A program made the translations under genes and the position numbers. A stretch of 64,000 bases of DNA, taken from contig DATION010000001.1 in the NCBI GenBank assembly GCA_035473115.1, positions 461-64,460 on the forward strand, read 5' to 3'. Every line of letters starts with the position of its first letter. The first letter of the stretch is position 1. Of the stretch, positions 59,046-64,000 are shown in pieces. This stretch comes from Candidatus Udaeobacter sp. Its GTDB lineage: Bacteria > Patescibacteriota > Patescibacteriia > Magasanikbacterales > GWA2-37-8. The notes beneath the pieces are model-generated. The model had not been told where the DNA came from. It saw only the letters and a list, made by a program, of their open reading frames with translations, and did no database searches.

Positions 59046-59654
59046 ATGCTAGCTGTTGTTTTGGCCAGAAAAAATTGGCGCGAATTTGATCAGATGATTT
59101 CGCTATATACTCAGCAGCAAGGGAAGATTGAAGTTTTGGCCAAAGGAATCAAAAAAATTATCAGTAAAAATTCTTCTAATTTAGAAATTTTATCTTTAGT
59201 TGAAGCGGAGTTTGCTCAAGGCAAAGAAATAGACTATTTGACCAAAGTTCAGCCTGTAAAAATTTTTAAAAATATTTATTCTTATGCCGATAAAATGTTT
59301 ATCGCTAGTTTTGTGGTAAAAATTATTGATACTAATACTTTGCCCCAAGAAAAAGACGAAAATATTTTTAATTTACTATTAAGTTTTTTAGAGTTTTTAA
59401 ATTCAGCGGCAGCAGTTAATCCTTTAAATTTGGCGATCGGATTTATTTTTAAATTTTGGCAATGTTTGGGTTTTGGTACTGAGCAAGCAGATAAAGATAT
59501 TTGGCTGCGAGGGAATTGGCTGGAAATAAACGAGCTTCCACAAACAAAAAATGAACAGTTGAAAACATATGAGTTTGCCAAAAATTTTGCTGTAGCTAAT
59601 GGCGGCAAGATTTTAACTGATTGGTCGATTGTGAATAAAATATTTGACTTCTAA
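59046..59654 (+). CDS. recO: DNA repair protein RecO
   Basis: AVVL....RE.D...LYT...GK....AKG..K..SK OB-fold pattern. Confidence 0.85.
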   Translation: MLAVVLARKNWREFDQMISLYTQQQGKIEVLAKGIKKIISKNSSNLEILSLVEAEFAQGKEIDYLTKVQPVKIFKNIYSYADKMFIASFVVKIIDTNTLPQEKDENIFNLLLSFLEFLNSAAAVNPLNLAIGFIFKFWQCLGFGTEQADKDIWLRGNWLEINELPQTKNEQLKTYEFAKNFAVANGGKILTDWSIVNKIFDF

Positions 59655-59718
59655 TTATAACAGTGTTATCATTTTGAGAATTTGGGGCAAAAACAACTTG
59701 CTTTAGGATGGCAAAAAG

Positions 59719-60012
59719 ATGAACGCTCAAACTTTTCAAAAAGCTGTCGCAGCCTACATTCGTTACCGGCCATATACTGAACCTGAATGTGACAGATTTG
59801 ATCTTGAGAGAGTGCTTCAGTTATGTGCAATTCTTGCTGGTCCAGAAACCAAGGAGCAAAAGATCATCAAGATCAAAAGTTGGGCAGCAGACCCAGTTCA
59901 ACCTTGGTATGAGACCAAGCAAGGTGAAAAAAAGATCGCTCACCAAGCTGAGCGTGAGCAAGTTCTTCGTTATATAGAAGAACAGCTCCAGGAGGTAAAG
60001 TATGCGTCTTAG
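59719..60012 (+). CDS. Hypothetical protein in its own transcription unit
   Basis: Promoter TTGACT-17-TATCAT (59644-59672), 3' hairpins and T run at about 60068-60100. Confidence 0.6.
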   Translation: MNAQTFQKAVAAYIRYRPYTEPECDRFDLERVLQLCAILAGPETKEQKIIKIKSWAADPVQPWYETKQGEKKIAHQAEREQVLRYIEEQLQEVKYAS

Positions 60013-60158
60013 CAGATTTTTGTCACCCCCGCCCAAGCGGAAGATAGGCAAAAATTGCCGGCGCGACCCTTGCTCCAGAAATGGCGCAAGGTTTTCTTTT
60101 TCACTTGCTATTTTTAGGCAAAATGATAAGATAAAATGGTTATAAGCTAATCATTATT

Positions 60159-61451
60159 ATGCAAGTTTTTATTAAAAATTTGATGGATTTGGTGGGTCAG
60201 GAGGTAGAAATTAAAGGCTGGTTATATAATAAACGATCTTCCGGGCCGATCTCTTTTTTGGAGTTGCGTGATGGCACGGGCTGGATACAGGCAGTAGCGG
60301 TAAAATCTGGTTTAAGTGAAGAAGTATGGGCTTTGGTAGACAAAGCTAGTCAGGAGTCTTCAGTGGTAGTTGTGGGAACTGTCAGCAAGCATCCAAAAAA
60401 AGAAAATGTTTATGAATTACAGGTAAAAGATTTTAAGATTATTCAATTAGCCCAAGAATACCCAATTGCTCACAAAGAGCACGGGCCAGATTTTTTGATG
60501 GATAATCGCCATTTATGGCTGCGCAGCAAAAGGCAGTGGGCAATTTTGCGCGTCCGTGACGCCATCATCACCGCCATAGGCGAATACTTGCATCAGCAAA
60601 ATTTTATTAAAGTTGATTCGCCAGTGTTTACTCCTAATGCTTGTGAAGGTACTTCTACGCTTTTTCCGGTTCCATATTTTGATATCGGCACTGCTTACTT
60701 GTCTCAATCCGGTCAACTATATATAGAAGCAGCTATTGCTTCGGTTGGCCGATGTTATGATTTTGGTCCGGTATTTAGAGCGGAAAAGAGTAAAACCAAA
60801 CGCCACTTAACAGAATTTTGGATGATGGATGCCGAAGCGGCTTTTGTAGAGCATGCAGAAAATTTAAAAATTCAAGAAGGATTAGTACGGCATATTATTC
60901 GTTACTGTTTAAAAAATTGTTTGGAAGAATTACAAATTTTAGAACGCAATCTTGAGCCTTTGCAAAAAGCTGATCAGCCGTTTACTCATTATACTTATGA
61001 TCAGGCGATTGCTAAATTGCATGAAGTTGGTTCGGATATTAAGTATGGCGAAGATTTGGGCAATGATGACGAAGGTTTGCTTACCAAAGACTCGGCTGTA
61101 CCGGTATTTATTACCAAGTGGCCAAAAACAATCAAGCCTTTTTATATGAAGCGTGATCCGGAAAATACCGAGCTCGTCTTAAATGATGATTTGATTGCTA
61201 CCGAAGGCGCTGGTGAGCTGATTGGCGGTAGTCAGCGTGAAGATGATTTTGATTTATTGTTATCTAGAATAAAAGCTGAAGGTCTGGACGAGTCTGATTA
61301 TGATTGGTATCTGGATTTACGCAAATATGGCAGTGTGCCGCATTCTGGTTTTGGTATTGGTCTAGAGCGCACGGTGCGTTGGATTACGGGCGTAGAACAT
61401 ATTCGAGAATGTATTCCTTTTCCTCGGACTATTGGTAGGTTGAGACCATAA
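60159..61451 (+). CDS. asnS: Asparaginyl-tRNA synthetase
   Basis: GWLYNKR, RHLWLR, LSQSGQLY, FRAEKS.T.RHL.EF, GGSQRE, GFGIGLER. Confidence 0.96.
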   Translation: MQVFIKNLMDLVGQEVEIKGWLYNKRSSGPISFLELRDGTGWIQAVAVKSGLSEEVWALVDKASQESSVVVVGTVSKHPKKENVYELQVKDFKIIQLAQEYPIAHKEHGPDFLMDNRHLWLRSKRQWAILRVRDAIITAIGEYLHQQNFIKVDSPVFTPNACEGTSTLFPVPYFDIGTAYLSQSGQLYIEAAIASVGRCYDFGPVFRAEKSKTKRHLTEFWMMDAEAAFVEHAENLKIQEGLVRHIIRYCLKNCLEELQILERNLEPLQKADQPFTHYTYDQAIAKLHEVGSDIKYGEDLGNDDEGLLTKDSAVPVFITKWPKTIKPFYMKRDPENTELVLNDDLIATEGAGELIGGSQREDDFDLLLSRIKAEGLDESDYDWYLDLRKYGSVPHSGFGIGLERTVRWITGVEHIRECIPFPRTIGRLRP

Positions 61452-61478
61452 AAGAGGTCAAAGAAAATCAAGTTAAAC

Positions 61479-61557
61479 AAAAAAACCGCTAATCTTAGCG
61501 GTTTTTTTGTTTTATAACAATAGGAGTATTGACTAAAAGTTAAAAGTAGTATATATT
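61479..61557 (+). repeat. Array linker copy 1: hairpin terminator + sigma70 promoter
   Basis: AAAAAAACCGCTAA-TC-TTAGCGGTTTTTTT then TTGACT-17-TATATT (61529-61557). Confidence 0.85.
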
Positions 61558-61602
61558 TGTGGCGCATGGCAACACGCCATGAATGCTAACAAGGAGATAT
61601 AG

Positions 61603-62124
61603 ATGAAGACCCTTCTGTTGACACTGGCATTCCTCCTCCCGATGGTAGCCCCTGGCTGTGCCATAGAGCCCGAAGGAGGCAGTGCCCCACCCGATGCGAG
61701 TGCGGCTCCGGCTCCGACTGCTGACAAGCCGACGGCCAGTACTCGTACGTCAGATCCCGATGAGGGGTTTCGCCAGGACTGCGACTGGTTTCCAGATCAG
61801 CAGGTCTGCGGGGAAGATGGCGGAGGCGGTGGTGGTGGAGGTGGCGGCGGAGGCGGTGGTTCGTCATGCTGGATGAGCTGCTCACCTTACACGTGTTGGC
61901 TCTACCTGGATGGTGCCCTTCATTGGACGTTCCAGTGTACTACTGGTTCGGGAAACAGCACCTGCTCAAGTTCGGGGTGCGGTTCATGTCCGGCTCAGGG
62001 CGTGACCCCAGGATGCATCACCGGTTGTGGCAATGGTGGGGGGGACGACTACGCTCTGGCATTGTGCCGAGCTACTTGCTGGATCAATTCAACCTCTACA
62101 TGCTCAGGTGGCTACACGTCATAG
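61603..62124 (+). CDS. GC-rich Cys-rich lipoprotein-like protein with poly-Gly linker (paralog of 63218-63724)
   Basis: SD AAGGAG; MKTLLL...APG-C lipobox-like site; poly-G; 12-Cys C-terminal domain. Confidence 0.8.
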   Translation: MKTLLLTLAFLLPMVAPGCAIEPEGGSAPPDASAAPAPTADKPTASTRTSDPDEGFRQDCDWFPDQQVCGEDGGGGGGGGGGGGGGSSCWMSCSPYTCWLYLDGALHWTFQCTTGSGNSTCSSSGCGSCPAQGVTPGCITGCGNGGGDDYALALCRATCWINSTSTCSGGYTS

Positions 62125-62141
62125 TAACTTAGTGTATTAGT

Positions 62142-62234
62142 AGAACCGCACCGCGCAAGTGGTGACGCTTCTCCGATACTAGATGGCCCGGACCCGGTGC
62201 AGCACGAAGTGCAGCCCGGGTCCTTTGTTTTATT
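62142..62234 (+). ncRNA. Conserved structured 3' element, short copy
   Basis: CCGC-GCAA-G..TTCTCCGA-TACTAGATGGCCC-GGACCCGG...CCGGGTCC-TTTGTTTTATT, aligns with 62787-62984 and 63762-63954. Confidence 0.6.
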
Positions 62235-62290
62235 GATCAATTTTAAAATAATTTCTAAGATTTTTATAAAAAATTAAATTTAATGTATAG

Positions 62291-62367
62291 AAAAATCGCT
62301 AATTTTAGCGATTTTTTTGTATTTTTTACAAAAGGGTATTGACAAAAAAATTAAAATAGTGTATATT
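62291..62367 (+). repeat. Array linker copy 2
   Basis: AAAAATCGCTAA-TT-TTAGCGATTTTT then TTGACA-17-TATATT (62339-62367). Confidence 0.85.
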
Positions 62368-62437
62368 TCTTTTCGCCTGGCAATTAGTTGTCGGGTACGC
62401 GGCGATCATGCCGTGGTTACAGGAGGTTCTAGTAAGA

Positions 62438-62623
62438 ATGAAGAAGGCAATCAAGACGTCGCTCACGTTGAACAGCGAGACCGTTCGGCAGCTCGGCACC
62501 ACCGAGCTGAAGGGGGTCGTCGGCGGTTACCAAACCGCCACCCGTGGCAACACGGACTGTGCCTCCGAAGCGACGGGGTGCTACACGACCGAATGGTCGT
62601 GTCCGGGCTGGAGCTGCTGGTAG
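62438..62623 (+). CDS. Lanthipeptide-like RiPP precursor (double-glycine leader)
   Basis: SD AGGAGG; leader MKKAIKTSLTLNSETVRQL..ELKGVVGG, core rich in T/S with 4 Cys. Confidence 0.75.
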   Translation: MKKAIKTSLTLNSETVRQLGTTELKGVVGGYQTATRGNTDCASEATGCYTTEWSCPGWSCW

Positions 62624-62786
62624 CAGCCACACCCCTTGATTCCATCACCGAATGGAAACCACCAACAATGGGAGGGCATAATATGCGAACATCGAACCAG
62701 TGACCTTTGGCTATCGTCGCACGAGATCCGTTCGTTTCGAGAAGTTTGGCGACTGTTGGTCGCCTGGTTACATGGTTACGAAAATC

Positions 62787-62984
62787 GCTGACCTTCCGCA
62801 AGGATCAGTCAGCACCGCTGCCCATCACTGATGGGCAAACACACGAACGGAGCTCCGCAAGAGCTCCGAAACAGTGAGGACAACTGAGTGTGTCCGGAGA
62901 AGCTCGGCCGCGCAAGCAGCAGTACTTCTCCGACACCACACGACCCCGACCCGGTGCACGAGCACCGGGTTCTCTGTTTTTATT
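62787..62984 (+). ncRNA. Conserved structured 3' element, full copy
   Basis: Serial hairpins with GCAA loops, conserved linkers GGGCAAA, CAACTGA, CTCCGACACC, GACCCCGACCCGG, terminator. Confidence 0.65.
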
Positions 62985-63076
62985 AAGGAGTTGTTAAGAT
63001 TAAATCGGCCTTTTATTTTATTTATTATTTTCAATAATTTTTGATATTTTAGTAAAAAATTAAATTTGACTTGGAG

Positions 63077-63159
63077 AAAAAACTGCTAGCTCTAGTGGTT
63101 TTTTTGGTTTTATAAAAATGGAGAGGGGTATTGACCGAAAGTCAAAAGTAGTGTATATT
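63077..63159 (+). repeat. Array linker copy 3
   Basis: AAAAAACTGCTAG-CT-CTAGTGGTTTTTTT then TTGACC-17-TATATT (63131-63159). Confidence 0.85.
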
Positions 63160-63217
63160 TGCTCCGCCCAACAATTTTGTTTGGGTACAGTAACCTCCCC
63201 CCGTATAGGAGATACAA

Positions 63218-63724
63218 GTGCAGAATAGTGTCAAGAAGAAGTTTGAGATCATGAAGACGGCAGCGTTCGTTCTGGCTCTGGCCTCAGGCTCCGCCTGTGC
63301 CATTCCCGACGGACCCAACACCTCAGATGCGGGTACCGATCCCACTGGGAGTTCCACGGTGTCGTTGCAAGAGCAGCAGGACTGCAATGCCGACCCATCA
63401 TCATGTTGGGGAGGTGGCGGTGACCCCAGTGGTGGAGGAGGTGGTGGCGGCGGAGGAGGTGCGGTGTGCGTTGCAGATACATGTTACCCCAAACTGTGTT
63501 CGTACGATCAGGATACGCACGGAAATTGGGGGTATTGGTGCATTAAGCACCCAGCTGCCGACGCGGGCTGCTATTCGAGTGGGTGCAACAAGTGCGCGCC
63601 TGCAGCTGCGGGTGCGAACAAGCCCTGTTTTGATCACTGCTACACCCTTCCTACTCAATACCAATGGGCGGTGTGCGCGGCAGGTTGCGGAAACTCAACT
63701 CCCAGCGTCTGTGTCAGCATTTGA
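63218..63724 (+). CDS. GC-rich Cys-rich lipoprotein-like protein with poly-Gly linker (paralog of 61603-62124)
   Basis: SD AGGAG before GTG (alternative ATG 63251); GSA-C-AIP lipobox-like site; poly-G; same 12-Cys framework. Confidence 0.8.
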   Translation: MQNSVKKKFEIMKTAAFVLALASGSACAIPDGPNTSDAGTDPTGSSTVSLQEQQDCNADPSSCWGGGGDPSGGGGGGGGGGAVCVADTCYPKLCSYDQDTHGNWGYWCIKHPAADAGCYSSGCNKCAPAAAGANKPCFDHCYTLPTQYQWAVCAAGCGNSTPSVCVSI

Positions 63725-63761
63725 GACGCTGGCCCCTTTCGATCCTATGGCATGACATAGT

Positions 63762-63954
63762 CAGCTAGGCTCGTCCTAGCTGGCGCCCACACTGGATGGG
63801 CAAATCACACGCGTTCTTCGGAGCGCGCGAACAAGTGAGAACAACTGAACGGTCGTTCGGAGGAGTGCCACGCGCAAGCGATTGGCGTTGCTCCGACACC
63901 AGATGACCCCGACCCGGCGCAGCACCAAGAGTGTAGCGCCGGGTCTCTGTATTT
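63762..63954 (+). ncRNA. Conserved structured 3' element, full copy
   Basis: Same linker motifs as 62787-62984 with different but still pairing stems (TTCG and GCAA loops). Confidence 0.65.
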
Positions 63955-63968
63955 ATAGGCATATTCAA

Positions 63969-63997
63969 TTGACAAAGACTTATCGTTCAACTATACT
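63969..63997 (+). promoter_or_regulatory. sigma70 promoter of the next unit beyond the window
   Basis: TTGACA-17-TATACT. Confidence 0.75.
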
Positions 63998-64000
63998 GCT

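Noticed and set aside
61818-61860. GGN trinucleotide run as a DNA repeat element
   Set aside because: Synonymously varied codons encoding a poly-Gly linker, also present in the paralog; protein-level feature
62421-62445. preQ1-I riboswitch (GAGGTTCTAG)
   Set aside because: No complementary CCCTC strand or A-rich tail follows; the sequence is simply the SD region of the precursor gene
62317-62703. 128-aa ORF spanning the precursor gene
   Set aside because: Starts upstream of the promoter inside the linker; only its last SD-led hexapeptide is considered
62826-62893. c-di-GMP-I riboswitch or hammerhead ribozyme
   Set aside because: GGGCAAAC is present but the GACGCAAAGC/P3 part is not; CTGATG and GAAAC are not arranged around a stem II as in the hammerhead core; location is 3' of genes
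61451-64000. CRISPR array or integron
   Set aside because: Repeats are degenerate, about 80 bp and 0.8 kb apart, contain promoters, lack RYYYAAC/GTTRRRY attC ends; no cas or intI genes in the window

Overview
AT-rich bacterial chromosome segment, most likely Patescibacteria/CPR (uL30/rpmD missing from the spc operon, core genes with AT-rich leaders and no Shine-Dalgarno). Core content: a dTTP-synthesis cluster (degenerate pyk, dCMP deaminase, NMP-kinase-like, dut, thyA, folA, tmk), rplA, proS, trpS, tgt, uvrD/pcrA, the str/S10/spc ribosomal cluster (split by a 2000-aa surface protein plus ABC transporter), secY, adk, map, yqgF, recO, asnS and tRNA-Asn. Accessory content: (i) a tRNA-adjacent island with a Bil/Bub-type bacterial ubiquitination operon (Ubl-E2-JAB-E1) divergent from an XRE + ImmA/IrrE pair, (ii) an avidin-family gene, and (iii) the most striking pattern, a set of GC-rich single-gene transcription units. 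Each starts just after an AT-rich consensus sigma70 promoter, carries a strong SD that the core genes lack, encodes a myxobacterial-looking or unknown protein (RCC1 repeats, Cys-rich lipoproteins, orphan lanthipeptide-like precursor, sigma54 activator without input domain, Zn-ribbon protein), and ends in a multi-hairpin 3' region and terminator. At 61.4-64 kb these units form a tandem array with homologous linkers and a conserved, covarying 3' RNA element. GC contrasts are judged by eye, not computed, and no database searches were run.
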